The notes: generated by a model not told the origin, from the letters alone. A stretch of DNA of 64,000 nt from an uncultured Alphaproteobacteria bacterium (GCA_963837025.1 CAWILT010000002.1:230554-294553); one strand, 5' to 3'. Shown: positions 45,708-55,757, counted from the first letter of the stretch. A program made the numbers and translations.

Positions 45708-46240
45708 GCTAAAAAAGCTCCCAGATCTAAGTCCTTTTGTGAAACTAACATATCCTTTTTATCTATTTTCCAATCTATATTCAGAGTTTCATCGTTAAAT
45801 AACACACCAAATTCGGCGTCTTTATTATAATAGTTGTCGCATTTATAGGCAAAAATAGCAGTTTCACTTAAAACTGAATATCCATGTAAGAAACCGCGCG
45901 GTACCAAAAGTTGCTTTTGATTTTCGCCAGAAAGCTCTACAGCTACATGTTGACCAAAAGTCTTAGAGTTTTTGCGAATATCAACGGCAACATCTAAAAC
46001 TGCTCCTTGAATAACGCGCACCAATTTTGTCTGTGCATAATCGCCCGTTTAACAATGCAGCCCCCTAATCACACCGAAGTGAGAAAGGGATTGATTATCT
46101 TGAATAAAGTTATGTGTAACACCTAGTTTCTTTAAATTTTCTTGGTTATAGCTTTCAAAAAAATATCCTCGGTCATCTTCAAAAATATGTGGCTCAAAAA
46201 TAATTACATCATTGATATTTGTTTTAATAATATTCATCAA
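45698..46240 (-). pseudogene. rfbC: dTDP-4-dehydrorhamnose 3,5-epimerase interrupted by one in-frame TAA
   Basis: DDRGYFFESY...VIRGLHC-TAA-TGDYAQTKLVRVIQGAVLDVAVDIR...PRGFLHGY. The two track ORFs (46049..46240, 45698..46024) are in the same frame. Confidence 0.85.
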
Positions 46241-46347
46241 TTAGAGCCTTATAATTTAATATAGAAATGATAAATTTGCCGGAAGGATATTTATAGACTT
46301 TGTTTTTATATTGTAATTAAGATTAATTGTGTTTCAGCAAGTTAATT

Positions 46348-47334
46348 TTAAGCCTGCGATTGTGATTGGTATGGAGCAGCTTGCGGTTCTTTGATTTTTT
46401 CTAGGGCGAAGAAGGATTGATAAAGGGAATTATCAACCACGTTGATATTGAATTGAATCACATCAATAAATTCATGTAGGCCATTATTTAAAATGGTATC
46501 CACATCAGCCTTATCAAAAGTTGCTCTCAATTTTTGCATCTCGCTCGTTACCGGAACATCAACATCAAGCATTTGAGTGATGCGATTTAGCGAGCGGGCA
46601 GCATTTTCAATGCAATGACGAATAGCACGCGGAAAATCTTGATTAAGTACGAGAAATTCAGTTACATCGCGGTAGTTGGCACGATGATATTGTTTACGAT
46701 ACATTTCAAATCCGCTCACCGATTTGAGCATCGCGCCCCATTCAACGGTGTCGTAAGGCGAATCCAGCATCTCGCCTTTTGGTAGCAATAGAAAATATTT
46801 TACATCTAGCATGCGAGCGGTTTTATCGGCACGTTCTAGCAATCGTCCCATGCGCGCAAAATGCCATCCTTCGCCATGCGACATGGTGTTTTCAATAAGG
46901 CCTGAAAATAAATGATTTGCTTGATGGATTGAAGTGAAAAAATTCTGAAGATCATCAATGTTTCGTTTGCGACTTTGCTTTTCAACTAAGTGATAAAGTG
47001 CATTGATTGTTTCCCACATTTCGGATGAAATAATTTCGCGAACGGTGCGCGCGTTTTCACGCGCCATTTGGATACTGGCAAGAATAGAGTTTGGATTCTT
47101 TTCATCAAAGGTAAGGAAATGCAGCACGTTTTTTTCATCGGCAATATCATAGCGCTCGTTGAAATCTTTTTCATCGCCGGATGAACGTACGAGCGGATCC
47201 CATTGCGCCGTTTCGCGCTCCCAACCCATATCTAAAATAAGGCGGGCATTTACATCGATAAAACGCGCCACATTATCGGCACGTTCTAAATAACGGCTCA
47301 TCCAATAAATGGAATTAGCAACGCGACTAAGCAT
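46348..47334 (-). CDS. alpha-E domain protein (DUF403)
   Basis: MLSRVANSIYWMSRYLERADNVARFIDVN. ATG 47334 overlaps the ATP-grasp stop (ATGCTTAG). Confidence 0.85.
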   Translation of the reverse strand: MLSRVANSIYWMSRYLERADNVARFIDVNARLILDMGWERETAQWDPLVRSSGDEKDFNERYDIADEKNVLHFLTFDEKNPNSILASIQMARENARTVREIISSEMWETINALYHLVEKQSRKRNIDDLQNFFTSIHQANHLFSGLIENTMSHGEGWHFARMGRLLERADKTARMLDVKYFLLLPKGEMLDSPYDTVEWGAMLKSVSGFEMYRKQYHRANYRDVTEFLVLNQDFPRAIRHCIENAARSLNRITQMLDVDVPVTSEMQKLRATFDKADVDTILNNGLHEFIDVIQFNINVVDNSLYQSFFALEKIKEPQAAPYQSQSQA

Positions 47335-48793
47335 GATGGGAATCCGTTGCTGTTTTTTTATTGTCCAACACCCATGTATCTTTACTGCCGCCACCTTGCG
47401 AGGAATTAACGACAAGCGAACCTTTGGTGAGTGCCACACGGGTTAACCCGCCGGGTAAAACAAAGATGGATTCGCCATATAAAATATAGGGTCGAAAATC
47501 AACATGGCGGCCTTCAATGGCATCACCAATAATGGTAGGCGTGCGCGATAAATCTAGCGTAGGTTGGGCAATATAATCACGCGGATTTTCTTTAATTTTT
47601 TTGGCAAATTCAGACTGTTCTTTTTTGGTGGATTTAGGGCCAATTAACATGCCATATCCACCCGATAAATTAACGGCTTTTACCACCAATTTATCTAAAT
47701 TTTGTAGCACATAATTTCGGTCTTTTTCATCATCGCAAATATAGGTAGGAACATTTTTTATAATGGGTTCTTCATCTAAATAATATTTGATAATTTGAGG
47801 CACATATGCGTAAACGGCCTTGTCATCGGCAATACCAGTACCGGGTGCATTTGCTAGCGATACGTTGCCTTTGCGATAACATTCCATAATGCCGGGAACA
47901 CCTAATAATGATTTCTCATTAAAGGTTTCAGGATCTAAAAACTCATCATCAATGCGGCGGTAAATAACATCCACTTTTTCAAAGCCGCGCGTGGTGCGTA
48001 ACATGACATGATCATCAATAATCGTAAGATCAGATCCTTGTGCAAGCGGCACACCCATTTGCTGGGCTAGAAAGCTATGCTCGTAATAAGCAGAATTATA
48101 AATGCCGGGGGTAAGCACAATTACATTTGGATTCGTAACCCCATCGGGTGCAGCATGGCAAAGCGCATCATGCAAATGATCGCCATAGTCAGAAACGGGA
48201 CGCACGCGCATGGCTTGAAATGCCTTAGGCATTGAACGCTTTTGAATGGAACGATTTTGTAGCACATAAGAAATACCAGAAGGGCAACGTAAATTATCTT
48301 CCAACACATAAAAATCACCGTTTCCATCACGCACTAAATCAGTGCCGGTGATATGTATCCAAATGCCTTTAGGAGGTGACAAACCTTTACATTGTTCAAG
48401 ATAACATTCTGAAGATAAGACTAAGTCTTTGGGAATAATTCCATCATTTAATATATTCTGATTATTGTAAATGTCGTTGATAAACAGGTTTAGCGCTTTA
48501 ATGCGTTGCTTCATACCACGCTCTAACACTTCCCATTCTTTGGCCGTTACAATTCGCGGCAAAATATCAAATGGGAAAATCTTTTCCGAACCTTTTTTAT
48601 CGCCGTAAACATTAAAGGTGATGCCTTGTTGGTAGAGCGCCCGCTCAGCTACTTTTTGGCGACGCTTTAAATCATGGGTGGGCATGGCATTGATGCGCTT
48701 GACTAAAGGCTTTACCTCAGGGCGAGCGATGCCATCAGACTCAATTAATTCGTCATAAAATCCATCCGTCGTATAGTTCTCAAAATCCATCAT
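47327..48793 (-). CDS. circularly permuted type-2 ATP-grasp protein
   Basis: GITFNVYGD...IFPFDILPRIV...EWEVLERGMKQRIKALNLFINDIY...; 488 aa, typical of the family. Confidence 0.85.
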   Translation of the reverse strand: MMDFENYTTDGFYDELIESDGIARPEVKPLVKRINAMPTHDLKRRQKVAERALYQQGITFNVYGDKKGSEKIFPFDILPRIVTAKEWEVLERGMKQRIKALNLFINDIYNNQNILNDGIIPKDLVLSSECYLEQCKGLSPPKGIWIHITGTDLVRDGNGDFYVLEDNLRCPSGISYVLQNRSIQKRSMPKAFQAMRVRPVSDYGDHLHDALCHAAPDGVTNPNVIVLTPGIYNSAYYEHSFLAQQMGVPLAQGSDLTIIDDHVMLRTTRGFEKVDVIYRRIDDEFLDPETFNEKSLLGVPGIMECYRKGNVSLANAPGTGIADDKAVYAYVPQIIKYYLDEEPIIKNVPTYICDDEKDRNYVLQNLDKLVVKAVNLSGGYGMLIGPKSTKKEQSEFAKKIKENPRDYIAQPTLDLSRTPTIIGDAIEGRHVDFRPYILYGESIFVLPGGLTRVALTKGSLVVNSSQGGGSKDTWVLDNKKTATDSHHA

Positions 48794-48808
48794 TAGCTTT
48801 CTTTGCTA

Positions 48809-50668
48809 TTATTCTGCCTCATTTATTTCGCGCATTTTTACGCCAATCGTCATGGTTTCGTTGCCACCGCCTTTATAGATAGTGCCGGCGGTGGGCGTTG
48901 CATCGCGATAGTTACGCCCGCAAGCCACACGAATATGGTCTTGATTCGCAGCGCACCCATTGGTGGGATCATAACCACGCCAGCCTACAAAAGGCAAGTA
49001 AGCTTCTGCCCAAGCATGCGATGCATCAGACTGTATCTTATTTTCATAATTCGCGCCCGTATAAATATAACCCATACGGTAACGTGCTGGAATACCTAGC
49101 AGTTGTACCATACAAATAAACAAATTGGCGAAATCTTGGCATACGCCTTTGCGTGTGGCATATACCTCAAATGGCGTAGTGTTAAGTTTTGTGCTGCCCG
49201 ACACATATTTATAATCGCGATAAATACTGCGGTTAATATCTTCCACCGTTTTAAGCAGATGATAATCATTACGTTCTGCAAAACTCATCGCGTAATCGGT
49301 TAATTCTGATAGCTGCGATTCGGGCAATTCATGCGGCAACAAATAAGGCATCATCATTTGGCGTTGCCATGGCATCCACGTTAGCGGAATAGAAGTTTGT
49401 CGGCGCGATAAGCTGTGATCATCGGCAGGTGCAGCATAAATTTTTACCCTGCTGGTCGCCTCAACGGTTAGTTTCGTATAGGGATCGCTAATAATGCAAT
49501 GAATGGCTTGATTGCCAAACACATCTTCAAACTGAATTTCCTCTGCGGGTGATGAGATAAGCAAACGCGATGATACCACTTCTTGTAGCGGATCATCGGT
49601 AGGTTGCAGGCGAAACATATGCGTGCTGTGTTCAACAGGCGCGGTATATTCATAGTGTGTGGAATGTACTACCTCATATAAACGATAGGCCAACACTTCG
49701 CCCTGAGGGGTGCGCGACATAGCGCGGGCATTCAACACATGGCCTTGCGACTGTTCACCTTTTGCATTAGTCATCACATTCTGATTTGGGTCATTCAATG
49801 GTTGGGCTGGTGGTATTGGCGCGGCTATATTAACGACGGGCTGAGGCTGCTGCACCGGCGCACTATCCCACACAATCGCACCCCGCCGAATGATCAACAT
49901 TTGTCCGGGCTGCATTTGAATCCACTCGCCCGTAGCAAAGGGAGATGAACTAACAATCATGGCGGTACGATAGGTGTCGCGCGGATCGTTTAACGTAATT
50001 TGCGCGGCTTCGGATTGGTAAATTTCTTGATTGTTCGGCGGCTGAATACGCGAGTAATACAGATTTTTCGGTGATTGCGAGCCATGAAAACACACAATAC
50101 TATCGCCATCGCTCAAATACATATCCGCGCTACCCAAACTATCAAAACGCTGGAACCAGCTATGGATGGTTTGTGCTTCAATATTTGCAATGCGGCGTCC
50201 ATCGCCTTCTTGCATTAGCGATAATAAATTGCAAAAAGCGAGTTCTGAATCGGTGTTGCCTAACGGTTCTAGCAAGCGTTTATATTTGCCATGCAAAGCC
50301 TCAACCGCTGATTTATCCAAATCGCCATTATGCATAAATAACCAATCGCGCCCTGCAAAACTGCGACAAAAAGGTTGCGTTTCGGTGTAGCTATAGCCCT
50401 TAGAAGCCCCGCGTACTTTGCAGAAAAAAGTAGTAGAACGAAAATTTGACCAATCGGTTATGGTATCAATAAATACCTGCTCGCCACGCGCAGCAGGGTC
50501 TTTGGTTACCATGGCAGATGAATCATCATCCGGATACCAGCCAAAACCCCAGCCATGCGAATGATCGCCGCTCACTTGGTTAGGTAAATTTAAATTCAAA
50601 GAAGGTGATCCTTGACCATCAAGGCTTATCGCCAAAATGTCGCTGGTGAGAGGAGGGATGGTAAACAA
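48809..50668 (-). CDS. YafJ-type class-II glutamine-amidotransferase-like domain fused to a Bact_transglu_N + transglutaminase-core protein
   Basis: N-terminal half: HSHGWGFGWY, TETQPF, WLFMHNGDL, GNTDSELAFCNLL, YLSDG. C-terminal half: GVCQDFANLF...SHAWAEAYLPFVGWRGYDPTNG (Cys-His-Asp). TTG start with an AAGGA Shine-Dalgarno. Confidence 0.8.
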   Translation of the reverse strand: MFTIPPLTSDILAISLDGQGSPSLNLNLPNQVSGDHSHGWGFGWYPDDDSSAMVTKDPAARGEQVFIDTITDWSNFRSTTFFCKVRGASKGYSYTETQPFCRSFAGRDWLFMHNGDLDKSAVEALHGKYKRLLEPLGNTDSELAFCNLLSLMQEGDGRRIANIEAQTIHSWFQRFDSLGSADMYLSDGDSIVCFHGSQSPKNLYYSRIQPPNNQEIYQSEAAQITLNDPRDTYRTAMIVSSSPFATGEWIQMQPGQMLIIRRGAIVWDSAPVQQPQPVVNIAAPIPPAQPLNDPNQNVMTNAKGEQSQGHVLNARAMSRTPQGEVLAYRLYEVVHSTHYEYTAPVEHSTHMFRLQPTDDPLQEVVSSRLLISSPAEEIQFEDVFGNQAIHCIISDPYTKLTVEATSRVKIYAAPADDHSLSRRQTSIPLTWMPWQRQMMMPYLLPHELPESQLSELTDYAMSFAERNDYHLLKTVEDINRSIYRDYKYVSGSTKLNTTPFEVYATRKGVCQDFANLFICMVQLLGIPARYRMGYIYTGANYENKIQSDASHAWAEAYLPFVGWRGYDPTNGCAANQDHIRVACGRNYRDATPTAGTIYKGGGNETMTIGVKMREINEAE

Positions 50669-50775
50669 GTGAAGGTTCCTTTTAAAAAAGCATTATTTAT
50701 AGTTCGTGCTAAACGCAACATAGTAGCTTATGCTGGCTTGCGAAAGTCATTTAATTTCAAGGTTTTTTTACACAT

Positions 50776-53700
50776 ATGAGCATTACCGCCGCACTCCATC
50801 ACACCACCCATTACCGCTATAATAAGCCTGTTAATTTAGGTATGCAAACCATTCGATTGCGACCCGCACCGCATGTGCGTGCTAATATTCAATCTTATTC
50901 CATGAAGATTGCGCCAAGTGATCATTTTATTAACTGGCAGCAAGATCCGTTTGGTAATTTTTTAGCGAAAGTCGTATTTCCCAAAAAAGTAAAAGAGTTC
51001 AAAATCGAGGTGGATCTGCTCACCGAAATTCGCGTGTTTAATCCATTTGATTTCTTTCTTGAAGAATCGGCTGAAAACTTTCCGCTTACTTATGATAAAG
51101 GGTTAAAAGAAGAGCTGGCACCGTACCTCGAAATTAAAGAAAATGATGCGGGCTTGTTAGCATGGATTGCGGATGCTAACCAAAAACCGCAAGGCATAAT
51201 CGACTTTTTAGTAGGCATTAATCAAAAGCTAAGCCAATCACTTTCCTATACAGTGCGTTTAGAGCCGGGCGTGCAATCTTGCGCTGAAACTCTGGCTAAA
51301 GGCAGTGCCTCATGCCGCGATATGGCATGGTTTATGTGTCAGGCTTTGCGTCATTTGGGGCTAGCCACACGTTTTGCCTCTGGTTACCTTATTCAACTAG
51401 CGGCCGATGTGAAATCGCTCGATGGGCCTTCAGGCACCGAAGTTGATTTTACCGATTTACATGCGTGGACTGAAGTCTATTTACCCGGTGCAGGCTGGGT
51501 CGGGCTTGACCCCACCTCGGGCTTATTTACAGGCGAAGGGCATATTCCACTTTGTTGTACGCCTAATCCTTCCAGTGCGGCACCCGTTACAGGAACATTA
51601 GAAGCGGGCGCCACTGCTACTCTTGACCACACCATGACCATCACCCGCATGGTAGAAGCGCCGCGTGTTACCAAGCCTTACACCGACAATCAATGGCAGG
51701 CCATTGATGCGTTAGGTGCAAAGGTTGATAAAAGCCTTAAAAAACAAGATGTGCGCCTAACCATGGGTGGCGAGCCAACCTTTGTTTCCCTTGATGATCG
51801 TGAGCATGATACATGGCATTATGCTGCCTTAGGTGGCGAAAAGAAAAAGCTGGGCTATGATATGCTGCAGCGGTTGCGCGCAAAATTTGCAAGCAATGGA
51901 TTGCACATGCATACGCAAGGCAAATGGTATCCAGGCGAAATTTTACCACGCTGGGCGATGCCCTGTTTTTGGCGCAACGATGGCGAAGCGATGTGGCAAG
52001 ATAATGCCTTATTAGCTAACCCCGAAAAGCCACTAAAGCACAGCCTAAACACAGCCGAAAAATTTATCAAATTATTGGCCGCTAAATTGGCTATTCCTGA
52101 AAATTATGTGCTGCCCACTCGCGAGGACACACCTTACTATTTATGGAAAGAAAATAAACTACCTCTGCAAGATGAAATAATGCAGGCCAATATATACGAA
52201 AAAGCTGAGCGTGAACGACTTCAATCCTTAATGGAAAAAGATTTAAACGAACCTTCAGGTTTTGTATTGCCGCTGCATTATTCGCATACGCGCAACGCTT
52301 GGATTAGTAATAAATGGCAATTTAAAAGTAACCATTGTGTGCTGCTAACGGGTGACTCGCCTATCGGTTTGCGCTTGCCGCTCGCCAGCTTGCCAAGCCC
52401 TGCCCAAGCGCAGGCTGAGATAGTGCCCGAGCGCAGCAGCTTTGATGTAGCAGAACCTTTGCCCACCTATGCCGCATTAACCAAACAATTAAAAGCACGT
52501 AAAAAACCAAATGATTCCGCATTCGCTAAAGACGAAAATGGTTTAATTAAAACGGCTTTATGCGCGCAAATTCGCGGTGGAGTATTGCACTTATTTTTGC
52601 CCCCCGTTGCATGGGCAGAGCATTTTGTGGAACTGATTGCCACCATTGAGGCCGTATCAGCAGAGCTTAAAATTCCGGTCATCTTAGAAGGTTATACACC
52701 CCCTGCCGATGCGCGACTCTCGCATTTTTCAGTTACCCCTGATCCGGGTGTAATTGAAATTAATGTGCAGCCTGCCGCTAATTGGCAAGAGCTAAAAACG
52801 ATCACACAAATGGTTTATGCGGAGGCGCGTTTAGCACGGCTTTCAACCGAAAAATTTATGCTGGATGGAAAGCGCGTTGGGACAGGCGGTGGCAATCATA
52901 TAGTGATGGGCGCGGCAAAACCTGCCGATAGCCCATTTTTGCGCCGCCCTGATTTGCTGCGCTCATTGGTTAGTTTTTGGCAAAACCATCCTTCGCTTTC
53001 CTATGTTTTTGCGGGCATGTATATTGGCCCCACCAGCCAATCGCCTCGCATCGACGAAGCGCGAGACGATGCACTTTATGAACTTGAAATTGCCTTTGCC
53101 CAAATACCCGAAAAAGGTGAAGTGCCGCCATGGCTGGTTGACCGTTTATTCAGAAATTTGCTCGTTGATTTAACGGGTAACACCCATCGTGCAGAATTTT
53201 GTATTGATAAACTGTATAGCCCCGATAGCGATCGTGGCCGCCTTGGTTTGCTCGAAATGCGGGGCTTTGAAATGACCCCGCACCCGCAAATGAACCTATT
53301 ACAAAATTTGCTCATCCGCGCGTTGGTGGCGCATTTTTGGCAAACCCCACATACGGGAAAATTAATTCGTTGGGGCACGCAATTACATGATCAATTTATG
53401 TTACCCCATTATTTGCAGCAAGATTTTAACCATGTTTTACAGACATTAAAATCAGGCGGATTTAATTTTGCTTCAGAATGGTTTGATCCGTTTTTTGCGT
53501 TTCGTTTTCCAGAATGCGGCCAAACGCAAATAGGTGATATAAGCCTATCGCTACGCACAGCATTAGAGCCGTGGCCCGTAATGGGCGAAGAGCCAGTAGG
53601 CGGTGGCGTTAGCCGTTCGGTTGATGCTACGGTGGAGCGTTTGCAGCTCTGTGTAACTGGTTTGAATGAGAGTCGGCATATTATGACCTGTAATGGTCGC

Positions 53701-54054
53701 CATGTGCCTTTACGCGCGACACAAAATGCGACGGTTAAAGTTGCGGGCATTCGATTTAAAGCATGGGAACAATTTTCCAGTCTGCATCCCAAGTTACCCG
53801 TTAACGCACCGCTTGTGTTTGAAGTTATTGATCATATCCAAAATCGCGCACTTGGCGGATGCACCTATCATGTCGTCCACCCTGGTGGCCGCAATTATGA
53901 TCGTTTTCCTTTAAATGAAAATGAAGCTGAAGGCCGAAAACTCTCACGGTTTGAAGCGATGGGCCATACATCAAGCCAGCCTAATATTCCTGAACCTGAG
54001 CAGAATATAGAGTTTCCGCACACGCTAGATTTACGTTTTCCCATACAGATTTAA
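50776..54054 (+). CDS. large transglutaminase-family protein (Bact_transglu_N + TGase core + DUF2126)
   Basis: SCRDMAWFMCQALRHLG...DLHAWTEVYLPGAGWVGLDPTSG, then a roughly 750-aa DUF2126-like extension. Confidence 0.85.
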   Translation: MSITAALHHTTHYRYNKPVNLGMQTIRLRPAPHVRANIQSYSMKIAPSDHFINWQQDPFGNFLAKVVFPKKVKEFKIEVDLLTEIRVFNPFDFFLEESAENFPLTYDKGLKEELAPYLEIKENDAGLLAWIADANQKPQGIIDFLVGINQKLSQSLSYTVRLEPGVQSCAETLAKGSASCRDMAWFMCQALRHLGLATRFASGYLIQLAADVKSLDGPSGTEVDFTDLHAWTEVYLPGAGWVGLDPTSGLFTGEGHIPLCCTPNPSSAAPVTGTLEAGATATLDHTMTITRMVEAPRVTKPYTDNQWQAIDALGAKVDKSLKKQDVRLTMGGEPTFVSLDDREHDTWHYAALGGEKKKLGYDMLQRLRAKFASNGLHMHTQGKWYPGEILPRWAMPCFWRNDGEAMWQDNALLANPEKPLKHSLNTAEKFIKLLAAKLAIPENYVLPTREDTPYYLWKENKLPLQDEIMQANIYEKAERERLQSLMEKDLNEPSGFVLPLHYSHTRNAWISNKWQFKSNHCVLLTGDSPIGLRLPLASLPSPAQAQAEIVPERSSFDVAEPLPTYAALTKQLKARKKPNDSAFAKDENGLIKTALCAQIRGGVLHLFLPPVAWAEHFVELIATIEAVSAELKIPVILEGYTPPADARLSHFSVTPDPGVIEINVQPAANWQELKTITQMVYAEARLARLSTEKFMLDGKRVGTGGGNHIVMGAAKPADSPFLRRPDLLRSLVSFWQNHPSLSYVFAGMYIGPTSQSPRIDEARDDALYELEIAFAQIPEKGEVPPWLVDRLFRNLLVDLTGNTHRAEFCIDKLYSPDSDRGRLGLLEMRGFEMTPHPQMNLLQNLLIRALVAHFWQTPHTGKLIRWGTQLHDQFMLPHYLQQDFNHVLQTLKSGGFNFASEWFDPFFAFRFPECGQTQIGDISLSLRTALEPWPVMGEEPVGGGVSRSVDATVERLQLCVTGLNESRHIMTCNGRHVPLRATQNATVKVAGIRFKAWEQFSSLHPKLPVNAPLVFEVIDHIQNRALGGCTYHVVHPGGRNYDRFPLNENEAEGRKLSRFEAMGHTSSQPNIPEPEQNIEFPHTLDLRFPIQI

Positions 54055-54058
54055 GCCG

Positions 54059-55042
54059 TTAAAATGCTGCTATAATGGCTTCAGCCAAGCTATGCCCGCT
54101 GGTAAAAGCGCCTTCAACGCGGTTGGCGGTACACCAATCACCACAGGCAGCAAGTTTTTCTGACTGGTGGATAAGATAGGGTTCGGCAGTGCTTTCACTG
54201 GTTTCCGCATAGCGCCAGCGATGTAGCGATTGATAGGTATTTTTAGTGGCATCAAACCCTAAAAGCGCACTGATTTCGGCAAGTAATCGTGCTTCAACTT
54301 TCGTCAAATCATCATCTAAATGTTTTTCAGCCCATGCGTTGTGGGTTTGAATAGAAAGTGCAGGCGAGGTTGAACGTTCGGGCTTAGAAGATTCGTTTGT
54401 GATCCATTCAATGGGCGAGTTTTTAACCTTAGCAGCATGCCATGCAAACGGCAGCGGTTTATCGAAACCAAGCATTAGTGTAAAACAGCCATCCATTTTC
54501 ACCCGCTTTAACGCTTCATGTCCGTTAAAAATGGGCGGCATTAGCGCGCGGGTTTGAGGGGCTGGTGCGGCACAAATCACCCAATCAAATTCACCCAAAG
54601 GGGTGCCTTTAATGCTCATTAACCGCCACTTTTTTTGATATCTGCGAATATCAGCCACATGGCATTCCAATTCCACATTCAAACCCAGCGCCAGATGTTT
54701 ATTAAGCGCATTCATTTTTGGTACTGCAATATAATGTGGCTCAAACCAATCGCGCTTATAGGGTTTTTGGCCTTTTTCAAGGGTTATTACATTAGGTTGC
54801 CAAGCCTTAATTAAACCTGACTGCTTAAAAGGTTCAAGAAATTGTTGAAAGGCTAGAGTGCGCGCGGTAAAGCATTGCGCCCCATGATCAAATGTGAAAT
54901 CGCCTGCGTAACGTGTTGACATGCGACCGCTAACCCCGCGTGATTTTTCGAACAAACTAACTTCAGCATCAGTTGATAAATGGCGAGCTAAGACCAAACC
55001 TGAAAGGCCTGCGCCAATGATGGCAATAGTGGGTTTTTTCAT
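54059..55042 (-). CDS. NAD/FAD-dependent oxidoreductase (renalase/COG3380-like)
   Basis: [20 protein letters not shown]...[12 protein letters not shown] Rossmann motif. C-terminal ACGDWC. Confidence 0.75.
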   Translation of the reverse strand: MKKPTIAIIGAGLSGLVLARHLSTDAEVSLFEKSRGVSGRMSTRYAGDFTFDHGAQCFTARTLAFQQFLEPFKQSGLIKAWQPNVITLEKGQKPYKRDWFEPHYIAVPKMNALNKHLALGLNVELECHVADIRRYQKKWRLMSIKGTPLGEFDWVICAAPAPQTRALMPPIFNGHEALKRVKMDGCFTLMLGFDKPLPFAWHAAKVKNSPIEWITNESSKPERSTSPALSIQTHNAWAEKHLDDDLTKVEARLLAEISALLGFDATKNTYQSLHRWRYAETSESTAEPYLIHQSEKLAACGDWCTANRVEGAFTSGHSLAEAIIAAF

Positions 55043-55124
55043 AACATTAAAATATCATAATTCAACTTTAGAAGTGAATAAATATTTCGCTAATTGTGCG
55101 CTATGGTTAGATTTGATAGTAAGA

Positions 55125-55286
55125 ATGATGCCGCGTGGAATAAAAAAAGAAAATTTACCCAGCAAGCTTTGCGCTAGCTGCGGGTTGCCATTTACATGGC
55201 GCAAAAAATGGGAAGATGTATGGAGCGAAGTAAAATATTGCTCCAACCGTTGCCGAAAATTGAAACTCAAAAAGGAGAAGCAGTAA
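55125..55286 (+). CDS. DUF2256-family zinc-ribbon protein
   Basis: [38 protein letters not shown]. Confidence 0.7.
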   Translation: MMPRGIKKENLPSKLCASCGLPFTWRKKWEDVWSEVKYCSNRCRKLKLKKEKQ

Positions 55287-55732
55287 TGTATGAAGTTTCG
55301 CCCCTTTATCGTTGGCTAACCTATGCCGGAGCGCTGCCCTTTTTAGGGTGTGCATTATTACTGGCACTGGGTATTTATACTTTGCCCATTATTGGTTTGG
55401 TGCAGGATATTTTAGTAAGCTATGGGCTGATAATTTTAGCCTTTATGTGCGGCATTCATTGGGGCACTTATTTATATTATGCCAAGCAAGCTCCGTTGAA
55501 TTTATTTATCACCAGCAATTTCATTATTATGTCTGCTTGGTTGGCTAGCTTGATGCTGCCCTATTTTGTTGTTTATGGAGTGTTAGCCATAGGTTTTGTA
55601 AGCGTGCTGCGTATCGACAAAAAGCTAATTCTAAATAATTTAATTTCGCCTCACTATTATCAAACGCGATGCCGCATAACAGCAGTTGTTTTGATAAGTT
55701 TATTCATCGCCATTTTTTGCTCAATGAAATAA
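55286..55732 (+). CDS. DUF3429-family membrane protein
   Basis: TAATG overlap with the DUF2256 gene, AAGGAG Shine-Dalgarno. LTYAGALPFLGCALL..., four hydrophobic helices. Confidence 0.65.
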   Translation: MYEVSPLYRWLTYAGALPFLGCALLLALGIYTLPIIGLVQDILVSYGLIILAFMCGIHWGTYLYYAKQAPLNLFITSNFIIMSAWLASLMLPYFVVYGVLAIGFVSVLRIDKKLILNNLISPHYYQTRCRITAVVLISLFIAIFCSMK

Positions 55733-55737
55733 AAAAA

Positions 55738-55757
55738 GGGAAGCCATTTGGCTTCCC
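55738..55757. terminator. bidirectional terminator
   Basis: GGGAAGCC-ATTT-GGCTTCCC flanked by A7 and T7. Lies between convergent genes. Confidence 0.75.

Noticed and set aside
44286-46347. A direct repeat of the tRNA-Tyr 3' end that would mark attR of the island.
   Set aside because: I could not find any copy of TTCGAATCCTGCCCCCTCCACCA or a substantial part of it by eye. A computational search is needed before claiming boundaries.
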